Origin: a virus
Virus genome (UHGV): UHGV-0053799
DNA length: 32,153 nucleotides
Reading direction: 5' to 3' (one strand)
Below the pieces are notes generated by a model that saw only the letters and a program-made list of their open reading frames with translations, ran no database searches and was not told the origin of the DNA. The translations under genes were made by a program, and so were the position numbers. Position 1 is the stretch's first letter. Each line of letters opens with the position of its first letter. Of this stretch, positions 8,759 through 17,801 are shown one piece after another.

Positions 8759-10969
8759 TTATACCTGCGCCACGTTGTACCATGTCCCGTTAATGTATTT
8801 CTGAACCGGTCTGTAATATACGCCACCAATGTTATCGGCAGAGTTTGAGCCTGTATCCTGAACAATAATGCCGGTATATACGCACCCGGACGGTGCCTGA
8901 TGTGTCCATGTCATGCCATTGTTCGCAGGTTTGTATGTGGCCGCACCACCAAGCCGGAGATCCCTGACATAGCGGGAGTCAAAATTGCTGAAATTTGATG
9001 GTATCACCTGCCCGGTAACCCGTAGTGCATCAGACTTAAGCGTCATCAGGTCTTTTGTTGTGCTGCCAGACCTGATGCGCCATTTAAAATATTCATTGCC
9101 ATTATCACCAGTTTCAAACCACATGTATGAGTCAGAATCAGCATCTGAATCATTTTTAAATCCAATTTTCGCCCAGTCAGTGTTTCTTTCCCAAATCAGG
9201 AAGGCATCATTGATAAATTTTATGCTGCCTGACATGCTTCCGCCTGATAATGCCAGAGCAAGAATATCCGCAGGTGTTGGCTTTCGTGATGTGGTATAAA
9301 ACTCTGACCAGTCAGCCTCAAATCCATACCCATCACGTGCCGACCTGTAAAAAATCCCCCTGTTTTTATAATCCACAAGAAACTGCATTGCCGGACAACT
9401 TCCCTCACCCGTGTAAAAATGCAGCACCATTTTTGATGCTCCGCCATCCTGTGCACAATAAGCACCACTATCCCAGTTCCATCCTACCGCTTTATTATTT
9501 GCAACCGTATTTCCTGTTTTCCCTAATGCAAAAGCCGGTTGCTTATTTTTCGTATTGTAGTCGCGTCGCCAGCCCGGCGCATAATCAGCTCCGTGATTGA
9601 TATACGTGAATTGCGCACTGGTGGTACCACCACCGCTTGATGTACTCGGAGTGGTCACACGAATGGTCATTGCAGCTTTAACGCCCATAACCTCAATCAC
9701 GCAACCTGCAAGATGAATCGTCCCACAGTCAGTATCGGTAATAATTTTGTTATTACCGTATGACCAGGAACACTTGCACATCCAGTAGGGATGATTAAAG
9801 GCTCCCTGAGACTCCAGCCAGTCAATAAACTGCGCGGTTGTCCAGTTTCCGGCTTCAGTGCTCAAAGCACCGCTATAAGCACGACAGGCACCGATATTTT
9901 TCGTGAAGGTATCCTTTCCCGGAATATCCGCACCGTTCTGATCTTTCTGAAGACGTTTTTCAGCATTGTCATAGGCAGACTTCACCGCTTTTGGTGTTGC
10001 AGCCAGCGTTTCAGAATCGCTGTTGATGGCACTATTGAGCTGAACAAGACCTTTCCGCGCCGTGGTGGCGTCCTGTGCAGTGTATTTCCCGTTAGCAAGG
10101 TCATACGCTGTCTTAACCGCCTTTGGCGTTGCCGCAAGCGTTTCAGAATCGCTGTTGGTGGCGCTACTGAGCTGGACAAGACCTTTTCGCGCGGTGGTGG
10201 CGTCCTGTGCAGTGTATTTCCCGTTAGCAAGGTCATATGCTGCCTTTACCGCTTTTGGTGTTGCGGCGAGCGTTTCAGACGTGCTGTTGGTGGCACTACT
10301 GAGCTGGACAAGCCCTTTTCGCGCTGTGGTGGCATCCTGCGCAGTATATTTCCCGTTAGCAAGGTCATACGCGGCCTTTACCGCTTTCGGCGTTGCGGCC
10401 AGTGTTTCAGACGTGCTGTTGGTCGCACTGCTTAACTGAGTAAAACCTTTGGCGGTCAGCGAGGCGTCCGGGTGACGTCGTGACTGTTCATGTTCTGCAA
10501 TTTTGTCATCAACGTAATCCTGCGTTGCCATCACCGTTGTGGTGTCAATGGTCAGCTCCACTGAGGCTACACTGCTGACTATGATGACCATGCGGCAGGT
10601 CTGCGAACGCCCTGAGCCTTCGGCAAGGGCTGGCTTATAACTTTCGGCCATGTTCGCCACGGCAATTAGCGTTCCCGCATCATCGTACAGGCCAAGTTCA
10701 CGCATCCAGAAACCGCCCACCTCCGGCGGAATAACCAGCTCTGCGATAATATAATTACTGTTTCGTTTGTCCTGGCTGATTTTGTTCAGCGTATGTCGCC
10801 AGACTTCGTGGATAAGCCCGGTCTGTCCGGCATCCGGGACAGGCAATTTACCACCGCCATCCCCGACGGCCATCGTGGTAATGTTGACCTTCCGCCCTCC
10901 CGGTGCGGTTGCCGCTGCCAGCTTTGCTGCACCGGCAGTGGTGATAACGGTTTTGAATTTTGTGCTCAT
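8759..10969 (-). CDS. H: Tail fiber protein H
   Basis: 736-aa ORF; N-terminus as in P2 gpH; internal 44-aa repeats (SETLAATPKAVK...YDLANGKYTAQDATTARKG), the common phage tail-fibre repeat; distinct C-terminal domain. Confidence 0.9.
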   Translation of the reverse strand: MSTKFKTVITTAGAAKLAAATAPGGRKVNITTMAVGDGGGKLPVPDAGQTGLIHEVWRHTLNKISQDKRNSNYIIAELVIPPEVGGFWMRELGLYDDAGTLIAVANMAESYKPALAEGSGRSQTCRMVIIVSSVASVELTIDTTTVMATQDYVDDKIAEHEQSRRHPDASLTAKGFTQLSSATNSTSETLAATPKAVKAAYDLANGKYTAQDATTARKGLVQLSSATNSTSETLAATPKAVKAAYDLANGKYTAQDATTARKGLVQLSSATNSDSETLAATPKAVKTAYDLANGKYTAQDATTARKGLVQLNSAINSDSETLAATPKAVKSAYDNAEKRLQKDQNGADIPGKDTFTKNIGACRAYSGALSTEAGNWTTAQFIDWLESQGAFNHPYWMCKCSWSYGNNKIITDTDCGTIHLAGCVIEVMGVKAAMTIRVTTPSTSSGGGTTSAQFTYINHGADYAPGWRRDYNTKNKQPAFALGKTGNTVANNKAVGWNWDSGAYCAQDGGASKMVLHFYTGEGSCPAMQFLVDYKNRGIFYRSARDGYGFEADWSEFYTTSRKPTPADILALALSGGSMSGSIKFINDAFLIWERNTDWAKIGFKNDSDADSDSYMWFETGDNGNEYFKWRIRSGSTTKDLMTLKSDALRVTGQVIPSNFSNFDSRYVRDLRLGGAATYKPANNGMTWTHQAPSGCVYTGIIVQDTGSNSADNIGGVYYRPVQKYINGTWYNVAQV
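9955..10450 (-). repeat. 132-bp tandem direct repeats (about 3.7 copies) inside H
   Basis: cgtttcag(a/ac)... recurs at 10007, 10139, 10271 and 10403 (period 132 nt); in-frame, encoding the 44-aa fibre repeat. Confidence 0.85.
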
Positions 10970-10979
10970 TATTCCTCAC

Positions 10980-11510
10980 TTATCCGGGGTAAACCGTAAT
11001 TACATCGCCGTCGTAAGCCACACCACCGGCGAACAGGTAGCCGGGAATGTCCCGGGTAATGTTCAGGCCAATAAGGTGGCGGCTTGCAGGTTTGGCATCA
11101 GCAATCAGCCGTTCCATTTCCTGATACATTGCCTCTGTGATGCCGCTTTCCAGTACACCAATATCAAGCCGGAAGGTGCCGGGCGGGTCACTGTTTTCCC
11201 ACCACTCCGTCACATTGATGAGATAGCCGAGCGGCTCCACCACACGCCGGATTGCACCTATTGTGCCTTTATGACAGTGGATGAAATACGCATCGCGGAT
11301 AACGGCGCGTTTTGTCGCTTCCGGCCACTTTTCATCCCACCTGTCGACCGAAAACGCCCACGCCAGCCACGGCAGCAGATTTGCCGGACAGGTATCCGGG
11401 TTCCACAGCTCACGAATACTGACCGGCGTTTTTTCAATTTCCGCACAGGCTTTTGCGGCGGCGACTTCAAGCGGTGATGAGCCGGTCGGCAGCAGTCGCG
11501 AATCACTCAT
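10980..11510 (-). CDS. I: Baseplate assembly protein I
   Basis: 176-aa ORF in the P2 I position; sequence fits gpI as recalled. Confidence 0.9.
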   Translation of the reverse strand: MSDSRLLPTGSSPLEVAAAKACAEIEKTPVSIRELWNPDTCPANLLPWLAWAFSVDRWDEKWPEATKRAVIRDAYFIHCHKGTIGAIRRVVEPLGYLINVTEWWENSDPPGTFRLDIGVLESGITEAMYQEMERLIADAKPASRHLIGLNITRDIPGYLFAGGVAYDGDVITVYPG

Positions 11511-12411
11511 CCGAGCCTCCGGTCACGACGCTGTATTCGGTACAGAAAGACGCCTGCGTATTGTTGAGCACGATGTCGGCCAGCGGTGCAGCCAGTTCGA
11601 CACGCTGCACGCCTTCCACATGCAAAGCGGCATAAATGGCAGACAGACGGATGTCGCGCCCCAGCCGGTGCTGTGCCGTGATGTATGCTTCCAGTTTTTT
11701 CACGGCGGCCGCGCGGATGGGTTCACTTTCGGGACCAGGGTAAAGGTAAAGCGTGGCGTTTATCTGGTATTCAACAATGGCGGCAGACTGCACGGTCACG
11801 CGGTCGGCCACCGGTCTGACGTCCTCGCCATTCAGGGCGTTACGCACCACCGCCAGCAGGTCTTTGGATGCGACACCGTTATTCTCACGTGACAGCACAG
11901 AGATGGTGACGCAGGCCGGAGACGGACTGGTGACAGAGATATCCGCGACACGCCCGTCAGCACTGCGACCATGATACTGATAGGCACCCACCGACCCGGC
12001 GACGCTTAAACCTTCAAACGCCTGCTGAATACGCAGACGATAATCGGTATCAGATTCCATCACTGCCGGTGTCGGCGGGATGGTCGAATCATCTGCCGGG
12101 GTGATAGTCAGACGCGTGGTGTTGTAATTGGCACCAATCACATCAAGGTCATTACCGGCGGCACAGGCCAGCATCACCGCCCGTGCGGCCTCATTCACAC
12201 GCTGACGCCAGATAAGCTCACGATAAGCATTTTCTTCCAGCAGTTTGACGAGAGGCTCAGATTCCAGTGTCAGGGTACGGGCGACCGCCTCCTGCTGGTC
12301 TTCCGGGTAAAGGGAAATCAGTGTCGCCTTGCGTTCGGCGAGAATGGTTTCAAAGTCCAGCTCCTCGACCACATCCGGTGCGGGTAGCTGGTTCAGGTCG
12401 ATAATCGGCAT
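11503..12411 (-). CDS. J: Baseplate protein J
   Basis: 302-aa ORF, same length and position as P2 gpJ. Confidence 0.9.
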   Translation of the reverse strand: MPIIDLNQLPAPDVVEELDFETILAERKATLISLYPEDQQEAVARTLTLESEPLVKLLEENAYRELIWRQRVNEAARAVMLACAAGNDLDVIGANYNTTRLTITPADDSTIPPTPAVMESDTDYRLRIQQAFEGLSVAGSVGAYQYHGRSADGRVADISVTSPSPACVTISVLSRENNGVASKDLLAVVRNALNGEDVRPVADRVTVQSAAIVEYQINATLYLYPGPESEPIRAAAVKKLEAYITAQHRLGRDIRLSAIYAALHVEGVQRVELAAPLADIVLNNTQASFCTEYSVVTGGSDE

Positions 12412-12415
12412 GGTT

Positions 12416-12763
12416 TCAACTCACAGGGATGGTTAACGAAAGTGGCTGGCCGGTGTCGTTGTGCTGACCGGTTAACGTGACCGTCATTCGCCCGTCAAAA
12501 CTGCGCGCCGTGGTGACGGATGACAGGGTGACGCGGGGTTCCCATTTCAGCACTGCCATGTAACAGGCGACCTTAATCTGCAACTCAAGCGCCGGGGTCT
12601 GCGGCTGGTCAATCATTGACGCCAGCAACGAGCCGTAATCACGACGCATCACCCGTGAGCCGACGGGGGTACGCAGGATATCGCCGATACTCTGGCTGAT
12701 ATGCTCAAGGTCAGTGACAGTCAGGCCATCACTGCGATTCATTCCGAGATAACGCGCAGTCAT
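12416..12763 (-). CDS. W: Baseplate protein W
   Basis: 115-aa ORF, same length and position as P2 gpW. Confidence 0.9.
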   Translation of the reverse strand: MTARYLGMNRSDGLTVTDLEHISQSIGDILRTPVGSRVMRRDYGSLLASMIDQPQTPALELQIKVACYMAVLKWEPRVTLSSVTTARSFDGRMTVTLTGQHNDTGQPLSLTIPVS

Positions 12764-13395
12764 AGAGGTCCCCCGGTTGTGCCGCCGCTGTCGCCGGGGG
12801 GTTTATGGGTAGGCAGTACCTTACCGTTTGATGAGAGCTCACCGCCGGTGTGTTCAATGTTGCCGCGCATCGTCCCGCCCTTCTGCACTTCCAGCGTGCC
12901 GGTAATCAGCCTGTTGGTGCAGACCACCTCCGGTGTGTCCAGGGTGATGCGGGTTGATGCTTTCACCATGACCACCGGCACCGTGGCAGTAACAGAATCA
13001 GAAGCCGTCACGCTGGCCGTTTTAACTCCGCTTACCGTGAGCGCGCTGGTTTCAGGTTCATACTCAATCACCGCCCCGTCAGGGAAACGGATATGCAGGG
13101 CATCCGCCGACGCAGACGGCGCGGGGTTATCGCCGGAATAAATCCCTGGCAGAACGAACGCCGTGTCGAGTTCACCACCCACGGCCAGAATCAGCACCTG
13201 TTCCCCCACGGAAGGTGCCCACCATGTGCGCGAACGCCCGGCGCGATGGGTCAGCCACTGAAGCCAGTCGGTGCACATGCCGCCGGTCTGCACACGGCAG
13301 CGACCGGCATTAAGGTCGGTTTCGACGATAATGCCGGTGCGGATCATGTTGCGCAGTGCGCGCGCGAGTTCCTGAATATTTGCGAGAGTGTTCAT
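12760..13395 (-). CDS. V: Baseplate spike protein V
   Basis: Track ORF extends to 13413; start placed at the in-frame ATG 13395 (MNTLANIQELARAL...), as I recall P2 gpV; 211 aa. Confidence 0.85.
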   Translation of the reverse strand: MNTLANIQELARALRNMIRTGIIVETDLNAGRCRVQTGGMCTDWLQWLTHRAGRSRTWWAPSVGEQVLILAVGGELDTAFVLPGIYSGDNPAPSASADALHIRFPDGAVIEYEPETSALTVSGVKTASVTASDSVTATVPVVMVKASTRITLDTPEVVCTNRLITGTLEVQKGGTMRGNIEHTGGELSSNGKVLPTHKPPGDSGGTTGGPL

Positions 13396-13478
13396 GCGTG
13401 TGAGATTGCACAATATATAAAAGTTATGCTATCTGGATTCATTTGTAGAACGACCATACAACATTCGAGGAGAGCGTA

Positions 13479-14264
13479 ATGTTCAGTGATAATGTGACTA
13501 ATGCGTGGTGGTTTATCTCTTTGTATCTATTTTTATTAATAGCATTAACATTTGTTACCTTTGGTAAAAGTAATCTTATGAGGTTTATTGCACATCATTT
13601 CAATCTTGAGTATTCAGACAGAAAGTTAAAAATGCTCGACAAAAAATGGCGCGACATTCAACTATTTAAAATAATTAACGGAATCAATGTATCAAGCATC
13701 GAAGATGTGAGAATGATACAGCAGGGGCTGATTGATGGAAAACTAAAAACATCGTATTTTTTCCTTACTCGCTTCTGGGGTGACATAACAAAACCACCAC
13801 ACATAATTAAAACAACAATTGTAATTCTGGCCAGTATTATTTATATTCTCTTCGCATGTTATATACACAATGAACAATCCGCTATAGTAAGGGATGCCAT
13901 AGGTATACCATATAAAAATATGATGTACTATGTTTATAGTGACAAAGTTCTTTTATCCTTCAAAAATAAAACGGTTGAATTTAATAAAACTTATAGCCTT
14001 GCCGATTGCAAGAGTCTGCAAAACGTATTTATAAAAGACACACTTCCCGAGATCGCCTGCAATAAGCTCTTACAGCTAAACAAGGAGGACTCCGAATGGT
14101 TAAGTCAGGAGATTAAAGATAATAACAGCCACAGAAAAACATTATTAATAATATCCCTAACCTATTTCATTTCAGGTCTGCTTATATTCCTGTCATATAC
14201 AAAATTCCTTTACACCAATAAGAAGGTTTTAGAATACAAAGCATCAAATAAAAACCACTCATAA
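13479..14264 (+). CDS. Hypothetical membrane protein, 3 predicted TM helices (cargo at the orf30 position)
   Basis: 261-aa opposite-strand ORF with GAGGAG RBS (13466-13471); hydrophobic segments WWFISLYLFLLIALTFVTF, IIKTTIVILASIIYILFACYI, TLLIISLTYFISGLLIFLSY; a 60-nt sample has 28% G+C. Confidence 0.6.
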   Translation: MFSDNVTNAWWFISLYLFLLIALTFVTFGKSNLMRFIAHHFNLEYSDRKLKMLDKKWRDIQLFKIINGINVSSIEDVRMIQQGLIDGKLKTSYFFLTRFWGDITKPPHIIKTTIVILASIIYILFACYIHNEQSAIVRDAIGIPYKNMMYYVYSDKVLLSFKNKTVEFNKTYSLADCKSLQNVFIKDTLPEIACNKLLQLNKEDSEWLSQEIKDNNSHRKTLLIISLTYFISGLLIFLSYTKFLYTNKKVLEYKASNKNHS

Positions 14265-14274
14265 ACCTCTAAAT

Positions 14275-14301
14275 ATTGAGCGACCAGCACGGCCGCTCAA
14301 T
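14275..14301. terminator. Hairpin between convergent genes (possible bidirectional terminator)
   Basis: ATTGAGCG (14275-14282) / CGCTCAAT (14294-14301), 11-nt loop, between the cargo stop (14264) and the S stop (14336); flanks only moderately T-rich. Confidence 0.4.
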
Positions 14302-14335
14302 GCTTAATTGCGCATCAGCCTCTGCCTGGATAAAA

Positions 14336-14788
14336 CTAACGCTCAAGGTGAGCCAGGATAATCTCTTCAATCATCTGCACATCCTCACCGGTAAAGCCGA
14401 GCAGAGGACGCGCCGGATAATCAATTTTCTTACCGTCTTTCCGGTTTTCTTCCGACAGACCGAACTGATGCACACTGGCGATTTTCGGTGACTTCCCGCC
14501 GTAAAACTCCATTGATGCCTGTTCCGGGCTGGCGCGGATATGCAAAAAACGACTGGTGATAAGTTTCGTAAACATTTTTCGCTTAACACGACCGGTCTTT
14601 TTTCTGGCGCTCTGCTGCTGGCGTGGCGCGTAGGGTGTGCCGTCCGGAGCTTTCTGTGCCATCACCCGACGCTGCTGACTCTGCCGCAGGCGTTTCGCCA
14701 GTTCGGCACTCAGTCGCCGACGCCCTGACGGTGACAGCGATTCAATCAGTCCGGTCAGCCGGTCTTCAAAACGCTTAAACTCATTCAT
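14336..14788 (-). CDS. S: Tail completion protein S
   Basis: 150-aa ORF, same length and position as P2 gpS. Confidence 0.9.
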   Translation of the reverse strand: MNEFKRFEDRLTGLIESLSPSGRRRLSAELAKRLRQSQQRRVMAQKAPDGTPYAPRQQQSARKKTGRVKRKMFTKLITSRFLHIRASPEQASMEFYGGKSPKIASVHQFGLSEENRKDGKKIDYPARPLLGFTGEDVQMIEEIILAHLER

Positions 14789-15248
14789 CCCACTTGCTCA
14801 CCAGTTCGCCATTGATATACAGCTCCATCGGGCGGGTGACCGGCTCCGGCGGCGGAGGTTCCGGGATATTCTTCACATGCAGCGCGCCGTCCACCTCACT
14901 GACCAGCGTGCGCTCGGTCAGCATCAGGCTGATACTGATATCAAAGCTGCTGTCATTGTTGATGTCCGCATAAAACGTGAAGCCCTTTTTCTGGCCTGCG
15001 TCGGTGGTCATGATGTCGGGCTGATTTTCCCGCAGCCACGCCAGCACCGGCACGATGAGCAGGTCAAAATCACCGGTAAAGTCGGTCACAATGACATTGA
15101 GCGTGTAACGCTTTTCAAATGACAGCGACCTCGCCAGTGTGGAGGCAATACTCCCGTTATCCACGAATATCCGCAGCATCTCGGGACTGGTTTTCAGCAC
15201 CGTGACAGCATCAGTCAGCGCCCTGCGCAGGCTGTCGGGTTTGAGCAT
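14781..15248 (-). CDS. R: Tail completion protein R
   Basis: 155-aa ORF (MLKPDSLRRALTDAVT...), same length and position as P2 gpR. Confidence 0.9.
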   Translation of the reverse strand: MLKPDSLRRALTDAVTVLKTSPEMLRIFVDNGSIASTLARSLSFEKRYTLNVIVTDFTGDFDLLIVPVLAWLRENQPDIMTTDAGQKKGFTFYADINNDSSFDISISLMLTERTLVSEVDGALHVKNIPEPPPPEPVTRPMELYINGELVSKWDE

Positions 15249-15501
15249 CGTTTTCGTCCTGACAGTGTTTAATCATTTTTACCTGGCTGGCACAGCGTGC
15301 CAGCGCGTTCTCAAGCTGCCGGATATCAGCACTTAAATCGCCGTTCGTCTCCGGGTCACTGCCCGGCATCGGGCAAAGGCTCACTTTCGGGCAGGCGTTG
15401 TGGACAATCACTGGCGTCGGCGCAGGCCGGGCGCTGGTGCAACCGGCGCACAGCATCAGGCAGGTCAGCGCCGTACCAGCGGCGAAAATCTTCGTTTTCA
15501 T
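15211..15501 (-). CDS. lysC: LysC, outer-membrane lipoprotein spanin (Rz1-like), starting inside lysB in another frame
   Basis: In-frame ATG at 15501 with GAGG RBS; signal peptide plus lipobox (MKTKIFAAGTALTCLMLCAG-C); 96 aa. Confidence 0.75.
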   Translation of the reverse strand: MKTKIFAAGTALTCLMLCAGCTSARPAPTPVIVHNACPKVSLCPMPGSDPETNGDLSADIRQLENALARCASQVKMIKHCQDENDAQTRQPAQGAD

Positions 15502-15781
15502 TAAGTAACCTCGTGATGGTTTTCTCGCGCTGTGCTTCACGCTTCGCGGCGTTCTCCAGCTCCTGACGCAGTGCCACCTGCGCCAGCTCGTTTTTGTCTG
15601 CCCTGGTAAGGGCAACATGAAGCTGATTTTTCAGCATGGTGATGGTCGTCTGCTGTTCACTGGCGACGTTGTTCGCCCTGTCCAGCGAGGCGCGCAGGCT
15701 GGCATTTTTGTGTTTCACCAGAAACAGACCGGCCACCGCCAGTGATAACAACACGACCAGCACAATCATCAGCTTTGACAT
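15356..15781 (-). CDS. lysB: LysB, inner-membrane spanin (Rz-like)
   Basis: 141-aa ORF with N-terminal TM (LMIVLVVLLSLAVAGLFLV) and coiled-coil-like remainder. Confidence 0.8.
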   Translation of the reverse strand: MSKLMIVLVVLLSLAVAGLFLVKHKNASLRASLDRANNVASEQQTTITMLKNQLHVALTRADKNELAQVALRQELENAAKREAQREKTITRLLNENEDFRRWYGADLPDAVRRLHQRPACADASDCPQRLPESEPLPDAGQ

Positions 15782-16194
15782 GGTTCCCGCCCCTCAAAAC
15801 GCTGACAGCAGGCCGTACGTATCAGCCGGAAGAACACCGATGCCACGAGATAAATCAGCGCGGTAAAAATCCACCCGGCAGCGACCAGCGAGATAAACGT
15901 CGCCACCATCACTACCAGAGCCACTGACCGCCTGCGCCACGGCACCGGCTGCAAAAACAGCGCCGTGACAATCTTCACGGCCAGCGATTCCGGCGGCAGC
16001 TCCCGCCCGTAGCGTTCCAGTACATACTCAGTGGCATACACGCCGACACCACCGGCAACCACACAGATAACCGTCGCCAGAATCGCCCAGGCGGCGACAA
16101 AACTGACGGCCACGCTCTGCGGGTAAATCAGGGACAGTGCCAGCATCAGCGCCAGCGACACGTTCAGCATCAGTGAAAGGGATAATTTCTTCAT
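15769..16194 (-). CDS. lysA: LysA, membrane protein of the lysis cassette
   Basis: 141-aa multi-TM ORF between K and lysB. Confidence 0.8.
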   Translation of the reverse strand: MKKLSLSLMLNVSLALMLALSLIYPQSVAVSFVAAWAILATVICVVAGGVGVYATEYVLERYGRELPPESLAVKIVTALFLQPVPWRRRSVALVVMVATFISLVAAGWIFTALIYLVASVFFRLIRTACCQRFEGREPCQS

Positions 16195-16208
16195 GGTGTT
16201 TACTCCGT

Positions 16209-16706
16209 TTAAGCCGGTACGCCGCCAGCGGTACGCCAGACGGTGACCAGTTTTTCCAGTGAATGCTCACGCTGACCGTAACCGGCACCCGGCAGGGACG
16301 CCCAGATATTGCGACAGCGTGAAATGGCGCGCTCAATGCGTCCCGCCCGGATGTCATCCAGTGCACCGCGTTCGCGGATCAACTGAATGGCGAGTCTGTC
16401 CTGTGACAACGGACTGAAATCAGGCAGGGCAAGCTGTTTGCGGTAGTGCGGCCAGAACAGGTAAAGCTGCTGATAGCGACCGGAGGCCGTGGATTTTTCA
16501 CCGCGACGGTTAAACACCTTCGCCGGTCGGCCATGCGCGAACGGGTGGTCACTGTAGTCGGTGAAAATTTCCGGCTTCCCGTCCAGTCCGGTGACTATCA
16601 CGTCATAGCCCCGGTTTTTCGTCAGCGGATGATTCGCCGTCCCTTCGGACACGGCCAGCATGTCGAGAAAGGCGGCGATATTCTGGTGCGTGTTAATTAC
16701 CGGCAT
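16209..16706 (-). CDS. K: Endolysin K
   Basis: 165-aa ORF after the holin; same length and position as P2 gpK. Confidence 0.9.
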   Translation of the reverse strand: MPVINTHQNIAAFLDMLAVSEGTANHPLTKNRGYDVIVTGLDGKPEIFTDYSDHPFAHGRPAKVFNRRGEKSTASGRYQQLYLFWPHYRKQLALPDFSPLSQDRLAIQLIRERGALDDIRAGRIERAISRCRNIWASLPGAGYGQREHSLEKLVTVWRTAGGVPA

Positions 16707-16987
16707 TACGGTTTCCCCCTGCCCTTAAAGCGGCGCTGAATGGCAATCTCAATCACCTGATAACCGGCGATACCCAGCATGGAGCCGATGCCGCAAACCG
16801 CAGGCAGTGACAGGTCAGGAAACTGCACCAGAACAACACCGGCAACCATCGAGACAAAACCACCGAGCAACATGCGCCCGATAAACAGACGCGGGGTGAT
16901 GGGTTCACCACCGGCAAGCACCTTGCCGACAACAATCAGCACCCCAATCATGAAAAGCGACAGGACGCTTTTTTCTTCTGCTGTCAT
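16706..16987 (-). CDS. Y: Holin Y
   Basis: 93-aa ORF with hydrophobic helices, same length and position as P2 gpY. Confidence 0.85.
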   Translation of the reverse strand: MTAEEKSVLSLFMIGVLIVVGKVLAGGEPITPRLFIGRMLLGGFVSMVAGVVLVQFPDLSLPAVCGIGSMLGIAGYQVIEIAIQRRFKGRGKP

Positions 16988-16990
16988 GCG

Positions 16991-17194
16991 TTACTCCCAC
17001 AGATTGACAGTTTCAGCCACGGGCGCGGTCTGAACGTCGGGCAGTTCGACGGCGGTGCCGTGCGGCAGCACCGCGCCCAGTTCAGCCAGTCCCGGATTTG
17101 CGGCGAGCACGGCTTCGACCACGCCCTCAGTGCGCCCGTAATACCGGACACAAATGGCGTCGAGCGTGTCGCCCTGTAGCGCAAAGGTCTTCAT
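16991..17194 (-). CDS. X: Tail protein X
   Basis: Start placed at the in-frame ATG 17194 (MKTFALQGDTLDAICVRYYG...), 67 aa; its ATG shares one nucleotide with the L stop. Confidence 0.8.
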   Translation of the reverse strand: MKTFALQGDTLDAICVRYYGRTEGVVEAVLAANPGLAELGAVLPHGTAVELPDVQTAPVAETVNLWE

Positions 17195-17703
17195 CAGATT
17201 TGACTCACGATGCAGCGTGGCTTGTCCTGGATGCGCGCCACTGCCCAGCGCATATCCCGCCACAGCTCATCAATGGTGCTGTCAATGCTGTCGGCCTTCT
17301 TGTCGCCTTTCGCACTGGCATCCACGCCGCGATAACGCTCATAAAGCGACGCGGTCGCCATCGCACACACGGCGCGCTCGTAGTAAAAAACTTTGATGCT
17401 TTCACCGTCGATGTCGTCCGCCGGGACGTCAGCCAGACGCGTAAAACCGGCGGCAATTTTCTGTTCGCGGTACTCGTACAGCTCCGCATTCGTTTCCGCC
17501 ATGCCTGACTTGATGGCCTCACGCAGACGTGCGGGGGCGACGGTCTGCTCAAGGCGCATACGTTCCCGGACGCGCTTCGGGTCGATATCGGGAAAAAAGA
17601 ACGTGTTTTTAATCACCGGCTCGTCGCCTGCCGGTTGCGGGATGACCACCGTACCCTCACCGGATACAGGAGCCTCCTTTCGCGGAATAATCAGCGTCAT
17701 CAT
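17194..17703 (-). CDS. L: Head completion protein L
   Basis: Start placed at MMTLIIPRKEA (17703), giving 169 aa as in P2 gpL. Confidence 0.85.
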   Translation of the reverse strand: MMTLIIPRKEAPVSGEGTVVIPQPAGDEPVIKNTFFFPDIDPKRVRERMRLEQTVAPARLREAIKSGMAETNAELYEYREQKIAAGFTRLADVPADDIDGESIKVFYYERAVCAMATASLYERYRGVDASAKGDKKADSIDSTIDELWRDMRWAVARIQDKPRCIVSQI

Positions 17704-17801
17704 GACTACCTCTGAAAAGTCGGGCGGTGGACGCCGGTACAGCGTCAGGTGATTCACCCTCACTGACCGGCGTGCCGCCCTGGCGCGGGGCGCATTCGTT
17801 G

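Noticed and set aside
9791-10439. Plus-strand ORFs of 214 and 125 aa with internally repeated peptides
   Set aside because: They are antisense reading frames through the 132-bp repeat array of tail fibre H; the repetition mirrors the H repeats and no independent start signals are present.
9955-10450. Possible CRISPR array
   Set aside because: The repeats are 132 bp, contiguous without spacers, and in-frame within H; they are coding tandem repeats.
13406-13435. Sigma-70-like promoter for the orf30-position cargo gene (TTGCAC ... TATCTG)
   Set aside because: The -10 match is poor and the spacing ambiguous; a promoter must exist in the 83-bp V/cargo interval but I could not place it.
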